DNA of 55,214 nt from a virus (taxonomy: Duplodnaviria; Caudoviricetes). Below the pieces are notes generated by a model. It ran no database searches. It worked only from the letters and a program-made list of their open reading frames with translations, and was not told the origin of the DNA. The stretch is from IMG/VR virus record IMGVR_UViG_3300040960_000562, positions 1 to 55,214 of that record; one strand, given 5' to 3'. The translations under genes and the position numbers were made by a program. Shown piece after piece: positions 30,601 to 40,076 of the stretch (position 1 is its first letter; each line of letters starts with the position of its first letter).

Positions 30601-33600
30601 TATAAGTTCCATTATATCTGCTGTCAGTAAATAGTATTTCATTATAGTTTTTAACTTCAGTATCAGCACTGCTTATGAAACCTGCCTTGTCTAACTGATA
30701 GTAGACTTTAGATGGAAGATCTTTATTGTAGTTGAGAGTAAAGGTTGCTGTCGTGGTAACTCCAACAGTACCAACACCAGAAGTGCTGAAAGTGGTGGAA
30801 GAACCGATAGAAACCAACTCATTCTTAAACTCTCTATCATAGAAGAGTTTGAGAGTGTATCCATTCAGAGATGTGTCTGATACATTAAAGACTAGGTTAT
30901 TATCTCTAACAACCTCAAGTTGTGGGTTGATTCTTGACAACTCTTGACTCGAACCACCAGTAGAAGCAAAACTTACAACTGTTGGGGGAGTAGAAATAGA
31001 ATCATAATGTGTTGGTGAAAGGTTGATAGTGTCATCATCTATTCTGTAAACAAAGTATGAACCAGTAGATAGACCAGATACAACCAAGTCGGAAGCATTG
31101 TAGAATACCTTATCACCAGTCTTAAGACCATGATCAACCAGAGTCAACTCATTGGTCGAAGAATTGACAGATGTTGAGTTAAACCCGATTGGGTTGACAA
31201 GCAGACGATCGTAAGTTGAGTTATACTTGAGATATGCTGATACAGAAGTACCAACACCAACAGACTGTTCGGAGTTGAGACTCAACTTGATAGTATCACC
31301 ATTGGTAAGTCCATGTGCCGTAGAAACAGAAACTCTTGCTTTGATCTTTTCTGCTCTGGCAGTTACCTGAACTTTGTTCGAGGTTAGTGAGTATCTGTAG
31401 TCGGTGCTGTCACCATTAGCAGTAATATTTCTAAAGTACAGACCTTCTGTGTTTGTTGTCAGTCCAACTTGTGTGCAAAGACCGATGAAATCACCAGACT
31501 TCTTAACAACAAATAGTGTTTCACTATTTCCACTTTGTGGAATTGAGAATGTAGCACTGGTTTCAGTGTTCGAAACTGTGAAACCTTGCGAACCACCAAT
31601 TCTTTCGAACGTTACTTGCTGACCAGTTCTGAATGGATGGTTTGGTAGATAAACACTCTGGATAGGAACAGATACTGTTCTATGTCTATCTCCAACGAAG
31701 TATCCTCTAGAAGAATCAGAACCTGTTGTTGTTCCAATACCTACCGAGTGGATGGGGTTAAAGTAAACCTTATCATCAACACCAGAATTAAAGTAAGAAG
31801 TTCTAACTGGAAGTGTAAATCTATTTGGTGATATGAATACATCAGTGAACGCTGTATGAGCAGACCCTGCGATGCCTCTTACAACCCTGATGACTTTGTT
31901 TTGGGGGTATGTTGCCAAAACAGACATTCTTTCTGTTCCAATAGCAACTGTAGTTCCAGCAGCAACGGTAGATGGAATGTTAATAACAAAGATATCTGTT
32001 ACAAAACCAACAGTTGAGTTAGCAGCAACTTCACCAACCAACTTGGTTGACTCAGAGGTAACACCAATCTTGTGTAGTTTTGTCAGACCAGGGACGAAGG
32101 TTGACAGACCAGAAATAGCAATCTGGTCATTCTCTAAGAATGTATGTGATGGAGAAACGTGTACAGATACTTGGTTAGCATTATCCCAAACAAGAACATT
32201 AGACTGATAAGTCTGAATGCTTGTTGTTACATCGGTAATTGGTTTACCAGTTACTCTTTCGACATAAGCAGCAAGTCCACCACCATTAGTTTCTGTATTA
32301 TCAAATGATGCCACATCATTTACTCTATAGTTACTTCCAGGCTCATTGATAGTGAAACCATCAACAGAACCTTTAGTAATAGAGTCAATAACAGCACTCT
32401 GCATTAGAGTCTCATAAGACTCAGAGATGAAGTCGTTATTAGCGAAAGCATCACCAACCTTGTATGGGAAGGTGTTTCTTGTCAGAGTTGAGTTGTTAAA
32501 GTCATATTCTTGATCTAAGTTCTGAATAACTGGAAGAGAACGATATGTATGTCCAAGGAAGTATGGGAACTGAGAGTTCTTACCATCACTGGTAATACCT
32601 ACGTGATATGAGTAAACACCGTTGGGGAACTCTGGAGTCTTGGCATATCTACCATTGTGCTCGTCCAGATCACCAGATGAAGTAAACTTGTAGTCCTCAA
32701 CGAAGAACCCAGCAGCAAATCCAACAGGTCTGTCTACAATATCAGCAGTAACTCTTTGATATCCACTGGTCAGAACTTTAATACCAGAGTTGATATCTGC
32801 TGGATCAATATAAGCATAAGCACCATATATTGGGTTTCCATCATATGCCCAACCAATAATTGGTGAGTGTGATGTTCCATCATCGCCAAACTCAGAGTCT
32901 CCAATACTGGTCGTGTAACCAACTACACCATACTCAAGTTCTCCATTGTTATCTAAGAGAATCTCATCACCAAAACGATAGTGGTTATTCAGTGTAAGTG
33001 CTCTAACAGAGGCATCAACACTACCGTTTCTGCCAGCAGGTGTCACGGTAACACTGGTGGTGTTTTGGACGTATCCTACGCCCGAATTCAGCACCACAAC
33101 GTTGGTGACTTTACCACCAGAAACCATTGCTCTTAGTCTGGCACCAACACCATCACCGACAACTGTCAGGTCTGGAGCAGATGTATACTCACTGCCACCA
33201 TTGGTGACCTGAACAGAAACAATAGAACCACCAGAAATGAGAGGTTTCAGTTCAGCATTCTTACCGTTTTTGATCTTGATATCTGGTCTCTTATGGAAAT
33301 TGAGGATGGTTGTACCATATCCAGTACCAGTTTCGTAAAGGTAAAGGTCAACAATTTCACCCCTAACAACTGGAGTTGCTGTAATTACTCCAGATACTCC
33401 ATTAAACTCAGCATTAACCGAGATGGAAACATCTGGATAAGCAAAGTTTTGGAAATCAGTACCAACTCCAGTAATGCTAACTGGCAGTCTCTTAGTGTAG
33501 TTTGTAAGGTTTGTAGCACCAACACCAGCATTTGCCAGTTTAAATGTATCATCAGATACTTTAAGAATCTTGTATCTTACGGAAGTTGTAAGACCAGTTG

Positions 33601-36541
33601 CCACAGAACCATCAGATGTGTATAAGACTACATCACCATCGGCAAAACCATGGTTCTTAAAGGTTATAGAGTCTTCTACTGTTGAGATATTTTCTGGTTT
33701 TACTTTCAGTTTTCTGTTTTGATATCCACTACCAGGGTTGATAACCTTAACAGACTTAAGAGTTTTCTTACCCTCAAACATTCTAAACTTGTGAATGCCT
33801 TGAGAAGTTGTCGTGAAACCTACTGTACTGATACCACTAGCATAGTTCTCAAACGTTTCATACAGTTTAATAGTAGAACTATTGACAATTTGGGCATAAT
33901 AAACTGAACCACTGTTCAGTCTAATGTCTTGGTGAGCGTTGCTTCCACCAAAAGTGCCTACACCAAGAGCGTTGTTTCCATTTCTATTATAGACAATGGC
34001 ATCACCATTTCTGAGATTATGTGGTTTCGGGAAGGTAATGGTATCATCAGAGTTGCTAACTCCACCACCACCTGCTGTTAGTCTGGCATCAAACTCAATT
34101 TCACGATATCTTGTCTCTAAAACTGGTTCTAAGATGGCACCAGAACCATTACCACCATCAATAGTTACAGATAAAACATCAACAAGGTCAAAGTCTTGTG
34201 GGTCTACTTTTACCTCTTTTACATTACCCTCAATAACAGCTCTGACTAGAGCAGTTGTGTATCCAGTTCCAGGTGAAGCAATTTCGATATCTGGTGGAGA
34301 AATAACATCATAGTTTGTTCCACCATTGTAAAGACGAACACTATCAACTGGACCGGAGTAAATTTTGTCAGTTGACTTGTAGTTAATGATCTCTACACCG
34401 TTTACCAACATACCAGTTGATGCTGGAAGAGTTGGGGAGTCATTACCATTCTGGACATTTCTGTTCAGTGGAAACTTCTTCAGGAGTTTTTGTGGATAGA
34501 TATATCCACTCTTCTGAGCAGAAAGCGTAAATGTATGAGAACCACTAGCACTACTTGAGGTAAACTCAACTGGGTTATCACTTACAATAAGAGATCTTGA
34601 GGCATATAGTTTGATCTGGTTTGCCAAAGGAAGAACTTTGACGTAGTAAAATCCTTCAGTTAGTCCAGTCAGAGAAGATGAAGAGTATGTGTAGTATACT
34701 TCATCACCAGTGATGAATGGAACATTGCCACCAAAAGAAAGAATGGAATACTTTTCGGTGGTGCTATTGTATCCTTGTAAAGCACTTCCACTAGCAGATG
34801 CTATAGTTGCTCTAAGAACGTTCTCTGTGATATCATATGATGGTAGTGAGTTTGAGGCAACATAAGCACTACCACTACGGTCAGTGTAAACATTTTGGAC
34901 ATCACTAGTTACAGTGTTATTGCCGTAGAAAATACCAGTTCCACTACTAGATGCGGTGTTTAGTTTTCTTCTGATAGTGTAGATAACTGAGGAACTTGCG
35001 GTAAAACCACTTAGGTTATTAAGTGTTATTTGCTTGTTCGAAGCGTTGATACTGGCAACAACAGCATCACTGTGTAAAACAGTCTCTGTAGTTCCATTTA
35101 GAATATCTACATTATCCCCAACCTTGAGACTTGACTTATCAAGTTCACTCTTCAGTTGGAATGTAGAACCACTAATACTTTCTACATCAAATCTGGAACT
35201 TGTATTATAGATCCAACTGTTAGCAAATATTTCTTTATCGGTTTTATCAGTTTCTGGGTTAAGAATCTTCTCACCAACGTTCTTGGTATAGATCCTTTCT
35301 CCCTCTGTTGTTAGAAGAATATCATGAACAGGTTCAAATTCCGACAATACACCTGTGATACGGAGTTCTACTTTCTTAGTGGTATCTCCATTTTCATAAC
35401 CAAAGAAGACCTCATCAGTTCTGAGATCAGTCTTGGTTGGGATTGCTGTACCAATACCACTACATCCAAGGAACTGGTTTACAGTTTTGCCTTTGTACTC
35501 AATAGTATTTCTACCGGAGATGACCTTACCAGTGTCGGCAAAACCAACTGTAGAGTCAACGGTAACGACTGAAGACCCAACAGATACAGCACTGATGACT
35601 TTAGTCGATGGTTGAATCTCAAATGTACCCTCAATAAGATCTCTATCATCAAAACCAACAAACAAACCTAGTTTGTAGTAGGTGCTGATACCAGACCTGG
35701 TGAATATTTCTACTTCAGATACTGATGCTTTTGTTTCGGAGTCGGTAGACTTAGTGATAGTTTGACCAACTAAGTTGTTTGGATCGCCAGAAACTCTCTC
35801 AGCGATAATAACTTCTCTTCTTCTGTATTCAGCAGCAGATGGTTTTACAAGATAATCTTCTAGGTCGATGACTTGTGGGTCAACACCATACAAAACCTTA
35901 AAGAGAATTTTGTATGATTCTTCAGTTCCCTTTGATTCGTAGAGACTTCTTGCCTCTTTGATGAAGTTGTTTACATCGAGGTTTGATACAAAGTCAACAT
36001 TCTCAAGACCTGGAGTAAAGGAATACTTGAGTTTGTTGTAAAATTCTTTGAGGAAACGGGTACTTAAGTTCTCAACTGTAGAACCAACAGCATGAGATGC
36101 TGCTGATGAGTTCTCAAATATAAGTTCTTCGGAGTCTAAGTCTGTTCTGTATGAAGTAATTCCACAAAAACCTCTGATACATCCAGTAAAAGAGTTCGTA
36201 GTGATACCAGTATAGGTAAAGATTTCATCATTGATCTGGAATAAACCATATTCCAGAGGGAAACCCTTGGTTGTTGCTACCTGTACAGTATCAGTAGTCG
36301 ATGAAATACCAGCGGAGAGAGTTGTCTCACCAACGATTACTTCAGGAGTCAGGTTATCTAACTTTAGGTACTGGTCTAGGTTATCAGAAAGGTCTGATGG
36401 ACCACCCTGATATTCCTGGGAGATATAATATTGTTTTAGAAAATCTACTGTTTTTGGACTTTCTGAAAGTATGAATTCTGGTAGTTGACTCTCGATTATT
36501 TGCTGAACTTTTACCCTCTTCTCAAAGCCCGTTTGTATCAT
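24680..36541 (-). CDS. g7: Baseplate wedge initiator, giant cyanophage form
   Basis: 3953 aa between g6 and g8; SKGTEESYKILF, HSPIIGWAYDGNPIYG and DNDYYQNLSYSIKS motifs. Confidence 0.85.
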   Translation of the reverse strand: MIQTGFEKRVKVQQIIESQLPEFILSESPKTVDFLKQYYISQEYQGGPSDLSDNLDQYLKLDNLTPEVIVGETTLSAGISSTTDTVQVATTKGFPLEYGLFQINDEIFTYTGITTNSFTGCIRGFCGITSYRTDLDSEELIFENSSAASHAVGSTVENLSTRFLKEFYNKLKYSFTPGLENVDFVSNLDVNNFIKEARSLYESKGTEESYKILFKVLYGVDPQVIDLEDYLVKPSAAEYRRREVIIAERVSGDPNNLVGQTITKSTDSETKASVSEVEIFTRSGISTYYKLGLFVGFDDRDLIEGTFEIQPSTKVISAVSVGSSVVTVDSTVGFADTGKVISGRNTIEYKGKTVNQFLGCSGIGTAIPTKTDLRTDEVFFGYENGDTTKKVELRITGVLSEFEPVHDILLTTEGERIYTKNVGEKILNPETDKTDKEIFANSWIYNTSSRFDVESISGSTFQLKSELDKSSLKVGDNVDILNGTTETVLHSDAVVASINASNKQITLNNLSGFTASSSVIYTIRRKLNTASSSGTGIFYGNNTVTSDVQNVYTDRSGSAYVASNSLPSYDITENVLRATIASASGSALQGYNSTTEKYSILSFGGNVPFITGDEVYYTYSSSSLTGLTEGFYYVKVLPLANQIKLYASRSLIVSDNPVEFTSSSASGSHTFTLSAQKSGYIYPQKLLKKFPLNRNVQNGNDSPTLPASTGMLVNGVEIINYKSTDKIYSGPVDSVRLYNGGTNYDVISPPDIEIASPGTGYTTALVRAVIEGNVKEVKVDPQDFDLVDVLSVTIDGGNGSGAILEPVLETRYREIEFDARLTAGGGGVSNSDDTITFPKPHNLRNGDAIVYNRNGNNALGVGTFGGSNAHQDIRLNSGSVYYAQIVNSSTIKLYETFENYASGISTVGFTTTSQGIHKFRMFEGKKTLKSVKVINPGSGYQNRKLKVKPENISTVEDSITFKNHGFADGDVVLYTSDGSVATGLTTSVRYKILKVSDDTFKLANAGVGATNLTNYTKRLPVSITGVGTDFQNFAYPDVSISVNAEFNGVSGVITATPVVRGEIVDLYLYETGTGYGTTILNFHKRPDIKIKNGKNAELKPLISGGSIVSVQVTNGGSEYTSAPDLTVVGDGVGARLRAMVSGGKVTNVVVLNSGVGYVQNTTSVTVTPAGRNGSVDASVRALTLNNHYRFGDEILLDNNGELEYGVVGYTTSIGDSEFGDDGTSHSPIIGWAYDGNPIYGAYAYIDPADINSGIKVLTSGYQRVTADIVDRPVGFAAGFFVEDYKFTSSGDLDEHNGRYAKTPEFPNGVYSYHVGITSDGKNSQFPYFLGHTYRSLPVIQNLDQEYDFNNSTLTRNTFPYKVGDAFANNDFISESYETLMQSAVIDSITKGSVDGFTINEPGSNYRVNDVASFDNTETNGGGLAAYVERVTGKPITDVTTSIQTYQSNVLVWDNANQVSVHVSPSHTFLENDQIAISGLSTFVPGLTKLHKIGVTSESTKLVGEVAANSTVGFVTDIFVINIPSTVAAGTTVAIGTERMSVLATYPQNKVIRVVRGIAGSAHTAFTDVFISPNRFTLPVRTSYFNSGVDDKVYFNPIHSVGIGTTTGSDSSRGYFVGDRHRTVSVPIQSVYLPNHPFRTGQQVTFERIGGSQGFTVSNTETSATFSIPQSGNSETLFVVKKSGDFIGLCTQVGLTTNTEGLYFRNITANGDSTDYRYSLTSNKVQVTARAEKIKARVSVSTAHGLTNGDTIKLSLNSEQSVGVGTSVSAYLKYNSTYDRLLVNPIGFNSTSVNSSTNELTLVDHGLKTGDKVFYNASDLVVSGLSTGSYFVYRIDDDTINLSPTHYDSISTPPTVVSFASTGGSSQELSRINPQLEVVRDNNLVFNVSDTSLNGYTLKLFYDREFKNELVSIGSSTTFSTSGVGTVGVTTTATFTLNYNKDLPSKVYYQLDKAGFISSADTEVKNYNEILFTDSRYNGTYTVSGIGSTTFDISLGAVPEDLQYNQSDTSVLKYSTSSPRALGGVDSMRITFGGANYKKLPRFVSIASSIGENADIIPTSTTLGRINQVTIQDPGFDFSADKTLNPEVYISPNITVVNRNSITSIDVTSGGSGYTSVPDLVIVNPSTGTAYDTGLVIAKVQGSSISSVEILESPKGISEVESEIYAINNSNGVGINSIFSSPAGIVTCVLSTPVSGFTTATAPFAVGDFVFAESISLASTTGTGFNSADYAYNFFKVTAYRNTNPAEVEFDISPYATNAGVADTSQNSFAFLVNKNNYPVFNVTQEASAFIIGETLFTKSGTTYTERDLVITDNLNDSIKVYGTYTLSENQVIVGKDSGTVATIKSITENKGIFKVNYGLETDYGWATDTGKLDEDYQVLPDNDYYQNLSYSIKSPIEYEDWVDPVNRLLHSSGLKNFADTGITSEGKVSVATSTTSTSTALIDLISERRVDTVNFFDFGIDVDVTSNKSKFVKLQNTKLADYIECRTNRVLTIDNFNDQFSNSEDANTTLYRDIDSFIANDGYSRYFVQIINPNNNNRQATELIVLNTPSDELITVEKGSIYNSADQLADLQAIKDSFGNVKLRFTPADPYNSDYDVKFIKNNFNTTLTGINTQSVGFINLIGSNITVGSGNTSTVYEATTVTTESVFAIVELTDTITKDKTVVDMFIDHDGTDTYKSDFFFDNNVGSQISNNFIGTFISNISSGVLSLKFENTESNDVLVRSRVVGFGTTAAGIGTHIFKASGQPDVAVREGRLEANYSIFSGTGISTVLTYLRSDVTTVKSTARVSYGNTSALHQVLFNHNNNNAFTMQYPFISIGSTSGIGTFGSKVSGSNLDLVFYPDSNINNDITVQLYSEVIQTEKDLLNIPAVLSYGTVNEKLVTAQFDSINGDRTNKFDFELKHNGTPIFEKQFNPDISTVVNLGTGVFTISDHFFSTGERLIYNPRTTFVGGAYTSMVMSDTNVLPTDVYAIKINNNEFKLATSRANANAGTAVTFSSAGSGNGHTLEMFKKLEKSLITIDGVGRAPLAYTPVNHTLSDNGGSISVGATYFGVSGISSIIPGDVLKIDNEYMKVDAVGLGTTTIGPITGSGSFNVVKTERGFVGTLATTHTDGATLRLYQGSYNMTRSQIHFTEAPRGNTQELVDESNIPYTKSTFGGRVYLRQDYSTNQIYDNITRQFTGIGATYRLTVGGANTTGIETGSGLVFINNMFQTPTTSNNVGGNYSFIENAGISSVVFTGVNNATFISDYDVNQNLLPRGGLIVSLGSTQGLGFAPLVGASVTAFVSGGVIQSVGLGSTDIVGSGYRGTVSIGVTDPNHSGNAATITATVGAGGTLSFTVSDGGSGYSSNPVIEIPEPNYENLSVVGVSRLGIGATTDTGSGLLLNVEVGAATTNVGIGSTLFEVTNFKITRPGWGFRKGDKFKPVGLVTARHLAAPINDFEIEVLEVFDDNFAAWQFGQLDYIDSIASLQNGTRKRFPLNYNGELVSFETDPDNVDSAAIDLESLLLIYVNGVLQDPNIHYNFEGGTSITFTTAPTSNDNIDIFFYMGTRDVDSIIVDINETIKVGDIIQLQKTENSLLQDPRTIYNINASDKVETNIYSGLGIDDANYKPFSWTKQKVDKNLGGELIYKSRDSIESQVYPTAKIIGDLSTSATEIFVDDAQFFNYEENESSINITSVNGLIVNTTTDPVAAAITAVVSAAGTISSFTITSGGSGYVGASTDVKISAPKAVGVGVGTTATATATITNGSISALSITNAGFGYTHTAPPQVLTSFPKVSVENLSGITAVAGFAGTVTGIGTTVGTGGNALALKFTLNASSFTGLQAGYPIYVFNTSIGSGVTSINGSDSSVVGIGTSFLDNVYIINDFHSSSTTGVATCNILSTTSVAGLSTSGSATDPRGYFSWGRLSGFSRSSSPVSIAVTGLTVDSGLSTFPTIQRRGYGLRDGGALRKDLG

Positions 36542-36542
36542 T

Positions 36543-38423
36543 TTATCCTCTCTTAAGTTCTCCGTTTAAGTAACTAGAAGTAACCTTATAACCGACGCCA
36601 GAGATCTGTTCGCCAGATGTTATAGTATCTTTAACCATATTTATGGTGCTATCAGCAACAGAAAAGGATAGATATAGATCCTTTAATCCGATGATGTCAT
36701 TGGACTCTGGGAACGCCTGAATCTCAACAATATTGTTGGCAACTGCTGTAGACGTAATGTTAAGAGTGTTGAGAATAATCTCACCTTTAGTGTAGTCTAC
36801 GGTGCCTGCTGACTTCACTATGACCTCATACTTACCAGTTTCGTTAATGTCCTTAACAATGGAAATAACGCCCTTGTCGCCGCTTCCAGGTACGTCTGTG
36901 AAGTAGAATGTGCCTATTCTACCTGCCAGAGTGAAACCAGTACTCTTGATATTAAAACCTTCTTTGTTGATATGGAACTTGTTACCATAGCACAACTCAT
37001 ATTGTGCCGACTGGTTGATAAGTGCCTTCAGGTTTCTGCGAATAACAACTCTTGTGATATTGGAGGTGATGGCATTATCAGCATTATCAATAGTTTGGCA
37101 CAGTTTACTGTACTTAAACCTACCACCGAACTGATTGATATTTGCTCTTGCGAACGTATTGAGAACTGAAGATACTTTGGTCTTCAGGGCATTGACATTG
37201 GTGACCTGGGAACTGTTGTAGTAAACTCCAGAGTCAATTTCGACATACAGAACCTTAAGATCAGTAATTCTCTGGTTAATACCAGAAAGTGAGTAGTCTT
37301 TTAGTTTTGTAAGGATAGTTTGCTTGTCAAAGTCCGAAACAAAGTCACCATTCTTTGGTTTGATACTGATAATAACGTTTCCAAACTCTGGTGGGTCCAG
37401 TTCTTCACCACCAACAACCGAAACTGACTCAGTATTTGGGTAAATTTGCTGAATAATTGCTTCATAGTCACGAGTCGTCACTGCTCTATGCTGAGAAGCG
37501 TAAATTCTTGGAGCAAAATACTTAATTGAGTCAACACTTTCGATAGCACTACCGTTTGCTGCTGCATTTACAGTAGTAACACTGATAGTATTGGTTGGAA
37601 TGACAGTATTTGAGAGAGAATCTAAGAATCTTCCTGAGAATGAAAATCTAGAAGCGCCATTTCCATCTTCACCATCAGTAATAATGTAAGAAACAGTGAT
37701 GATCGCACCATTTTCCAGTTTTTTGCCAAAATATCCATCTCCAAATAGAAGTTCGTACTTTTCATCCTGAACTTCTTGAATCAAATAGATCTCAGAGTTC
37801 TTATTGATATTGAGAATATTATCAACACGCGAATATTCTCTTCCTTCACCACTATCAGAAATACCTTTAACCTTTACAACGATAGTTGAGGTATCAATGA
37901 AGGAGTTATCAAGAACAAAACGCTGATCAAGTGAACCATCAACTACAAACTGCTTCTTGAGATAGGTTCCTTGATAGATTGTAATGTTATTAAAGTTGGC
38001 AACACCAGAGTTAATAGTCGTAGTGATGCTTTCTGGTACTGAGAAGATATAATTGCTGTTTTCTGCTGTTCCTACGCACACTAGACCCGCCTGTAAGGTC
38101 AGGGTATCAGATGCTGACGTAGTTTGTGCGCTCAAACTTACCGTTGCCTTGGCGGCGTTCCTAGAGCGAGGTACATAACCAATATTTCTGGCGAGAGAAA
38201 CGACGTTTTCTCTCAAAGTTGCCGAATCCAAGAAGGATTCGTTGACTACCATGTTCGCATTAAAGGCATTAATGTAGGTATTATATGCTAACGTGTCGAT
38301 CAAGACAGAAAAGTTGGACCCCTCAAAGTCAAAATCCGTGAAATTTGAGTTAGCACGGAGATATTCTTTGATCGAGGTCCTTATCTGGTCAAAATCTAGG
38401 TTGGTAAATTTTGTAAAAGGCAT
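36543..38423 (-). CDS. g6: Baseplate wedge subunit
   Basis: 626 aa; DFDFEGSN, LAYNTY, ESFLDSA.LRENVVS and RAVT..DY motifs. Confidence 0.95.
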   Translation of the reverse strand: MPFTKFTNLDFDQIRTSIKEYLRANSNFTDFDFEGSNFSVLIDTLAYNTYINAFNANMVVNESFLDSATLRENVVSLARNIGYVPRSRNAAKATVSLSAQTTSASDTLTLQAGLVCVGTAENSNYIFSVPESITTTINSGVANFNNITIYQGTYLKKQFVVDGSLDQRFVLDNSFIDTSTIVVKVKGISDSGEGREYSRVDNILNINKNSEIYLIQEVQDEKYELLFGDGYFGKKLENGAIITVSYIITDGEDGNGASRFSFSGRFLDSLSNTVIPTNTISVTTVNAAANGSAIESVDSIKYFAPRIYASQHRAVTTRDYEAIIQQIYPNTESVSVVGGEELDPPEFGNVIISIKPKNGDFVSDFDKQTILTKLKDYSLSGINQRITDLKVLYVEIDSGVYYNSSQVTNVNALKTKVSSVLNTFARANINQFGGRFKYSKLCQTIDNADNAITSNITRVVIRRNLKALINQSAQYELCYGNKFHINKEGFNIKSTGFTLAGRIGTFYFTDVPGSGDKGVISIVKDINETGKYEVIVKSAGTVDYTKGEIILNTLNITSTAVANNIVEIQAFPESNDIIGLKDLYLSFSVADSTINMVKDTITSGEQISGVGYKVTSSYLNGELKRG

Positions 38424-38427
38424 CTTT

Positions 38428-38829
38428 TTATCTGGTAGCCTCTAATAAGAATGTAAATTGCTGAACAGGAACATCTTGACCGATGATATTATACAAAACA
38501 GTGACCTCAAACGTATTATTATCGGGTTGAGGGTCAACTTCTACCTTTACATTATTGACTCTTGGTTCGTAATTATCAATAGTTGTCAATATTTGCTCTT
38601 GAATTACGGTGGCAGTACCAAAATCAACAAAGTCAAACAGACTCGAACGCACATCAGACCCTAAAAGTGGTTGGAAAAAGCGTTCGTTTGGTATTGTTTG
38701 TACCAAATTGCGAATTGATCTAGTAATTGCCGCCGCATTCTTGAGAACAGGCAGGTCTTTTGTCACAGGATGGGGCTCAAAAGACAAACTAATGTCCTTA
38801 AATGCTCTTGATATCCTTGTGACTGCCAT
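38428..38829 (-). CDS. g25: Baseplate wedge subunit
   Basis: 133 aa; SIRNLV.T...ERFFQP.LGS and YEPRV motifs. Confidence 0.93.
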   Translation of the reverse strand: MAVTRISRAFKDISLSFEPHPVTKDLPVLKNAAAITRSIRNLVQTIPNERFFQPLLGSDVRSSLFDFVDFGTATVIQEQILTTIDNYEPRVNNVKVEVDPQPDNNTFEVTVLYNIIGQDVPVQQFTFLLEATR

Positions 38830-38851
38830 TTGTCAAGAAGTTTTCTTGCTT

Positions 38852-38859
38852 TATTTATA
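38852..38859 (-). promoter_or_regulatory. T4-type late promoter TATAAATA
   Basis: Perfect match upstream of g25. Confidence 0.8.
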
Positions 38860-38860
38860 T

Positions 38861-39112
38861 TTACACCCAAGGATTACCATACGTTGGTTCAGTTCCATAG
38901 CTCCAGTCATCATAATCTTCGTCATTACGAATCTTTTCATGGAGTTCTGTTTGTTTTTTAAGGTCATGACGAGGTGCAGTATCGTGCATTACCTCTGTTA
39001 GAACTCTTTTTTGGTCACTATGTTGCATCGAACCATAATCTGAGGCGAGTTTAGTGGTTCCCCACATCTCTCTCATGTACTCTCTGTTCCTATCGACAGG
39101 TGATTGTCCCAT
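38861..39112 (-). CDS. Hypothetical protein
   Basis: 83 aa with an AGGAG SD; late promoter variant AATAAATA at 39171-39178. Confidence 0.75.
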   Translation of the reverse strand: MGQSPVDRNREYMREMWGTTKLASDYGSMQHSDQKRVLTEVMHDTAPRHDLKKQTELHEKIRNDEDYDDWSYGTEPTYGNPWV

Positions 39113-39117
39113 TTTAG

Positions 39118-39165
39118 CTCCTGATTTGCATGAAATCAGAACTTTTAGAGGGGTTGCTATCCCTT
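39118..39165 (-). promoter_or_regulatory. Structured 5' leader with an SD-sequestering hairpin
   Basis: TTCTGATTT-CATGC-AAATCAGGA stem covers AGGA of the SD; small GGG-ATAGCAA-CCC hairpin upstream. Confidence 0.5.
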
Positions 39166-39173
39166 ACCGCTAT

Positions 39174-39770
39174 TTATTTTACCCAAAAACCATCCCTGAG
39201 ATAGTCTGGATCTTCTATGTACTCATATTTTTCTTCCATTTTCATTGTTTGCCCCTTCCAGACTGGTATTGCTATTGTATTCCCATATCTGAAGTCAGGA
39301 TTTCTGCGAAAATGAACTTCTATAAGTTTATTTCCAATGAACTCACAGTTAACCCATTCATAATCGCCCTTCAATTCTTCTAAAACTTTGGGATATTCAA
39401 TCTTTATATCAACCTTCTTCCACATGTCCCACTTATAAAGAGGACTATCATCATCACGAATACCAATGACAGATAACTTCTGCTCTTTATTTTGATAGTC
39501 GATACTAATATGATCTCCCTCAAATACTTCACACCAAAATTCTGATGGGTGGTAGTGGTCAGTATACTTGTAGATATATTCTTTTCGAGCAAAACGACCC
39601 ATACCAAGTAAGTTCATGCTCGGTCTAACCAAATAAAAGTCGGGTCTGGGAACAGTGGTTCCAACAGGACCACAAGTATAACCCAAAACCCGACTTAAAA
39701 TTAACTTATTGTATACCCAAAGGTCATGAGAATGTATTCTATTCCATTCATCATTACCTTCTAAGTACAT
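39174..39770 (-). CDS. ATP-grasp-like protein
   Basis: VRP..NL.GMG, FWCEVFEG.H.SIDY and NCEFIG.KLIEVHFR resemble ATP-grasp motifs. Confidence 0.6.
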   Translation of the reverse strand: MYLEGNDEWNRIHSHDLWVYNKLILSRVLGYTCGPVGTTVPRPDFYLVRPSMNLLGMGRFARKEYIYKYTDHYHPSEFWCEVFEGDHISIDYQNKEQKLSVIGIRDDDSPLYKWDMWKKVDIKIEYPKVLEELKGDYEWVNCEFIGNKLIEVHFRRNPDFRYGNTIAIPVWKGQTMKMEEKYEYIEDPDYLRDGFWVK

Positions 39771-39907
39771 CAACCCTTACCTTGTCCGCGATAACGCTTC
39801 TTCGCTTTATTGCGAGACGACGCGGCGTACTTCGTATTCATCCCTCGCCCTTGACGAGTTTTTTTCGGCGCGCCTTCCACATAACCGCCACCCTTACGTA
39901 TAGCCAT
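39770..39907 (-). CDS. Small Lys/Arg/Gly-rich peptide (45 aa)
   Basis: MAIRKGGGYVEGAPKKTRQGRGMNTKYAASSRNKAKKRYRGQGKG; AGGAG SD; TGATG overlap with the next gene; below the ORF-track cutoff. Confidence 0.75.
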   Translation of the reverse strand: MAIRKGGGYVEGAPKKTRQGRGMNTKYAASSRNKAKKRYRGQGKG

Positions 39908-40076
39908 AATGATTCTCCTTAATAATTTCAGTGTCTAGTTCATCAGGTCTTGGAGAGCCTGTCTGATAATACTCTATCGACAGGTCCTCCATTGTATCGA
40001 AATACTCTTCCTCTGTCAAGTGGGAGTATATTCTTCTCCCTCTACAATAGATATTGTAAAGTTCGTTAGTCATCAA
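39894..40076 (-). CDS. Small hypothetical protein
   Basis: 60-aa ORF overlapping both neighbours. Confidence 0.65.
   Translation of the reverse strand: MMTNELYNIYCRGRRIYSHLTEEEYFDTMEDLSIEYYQTGSPRPDELDTEIIKENHYGYT

Noticed and set aside
157-39383. Many plus-strand and off-frame ORFs of 60-130 aa over the structural genes
   Set aside because: Antisense or alternate-frame shadows of well-supported genes; no SD, promoter or motif support.
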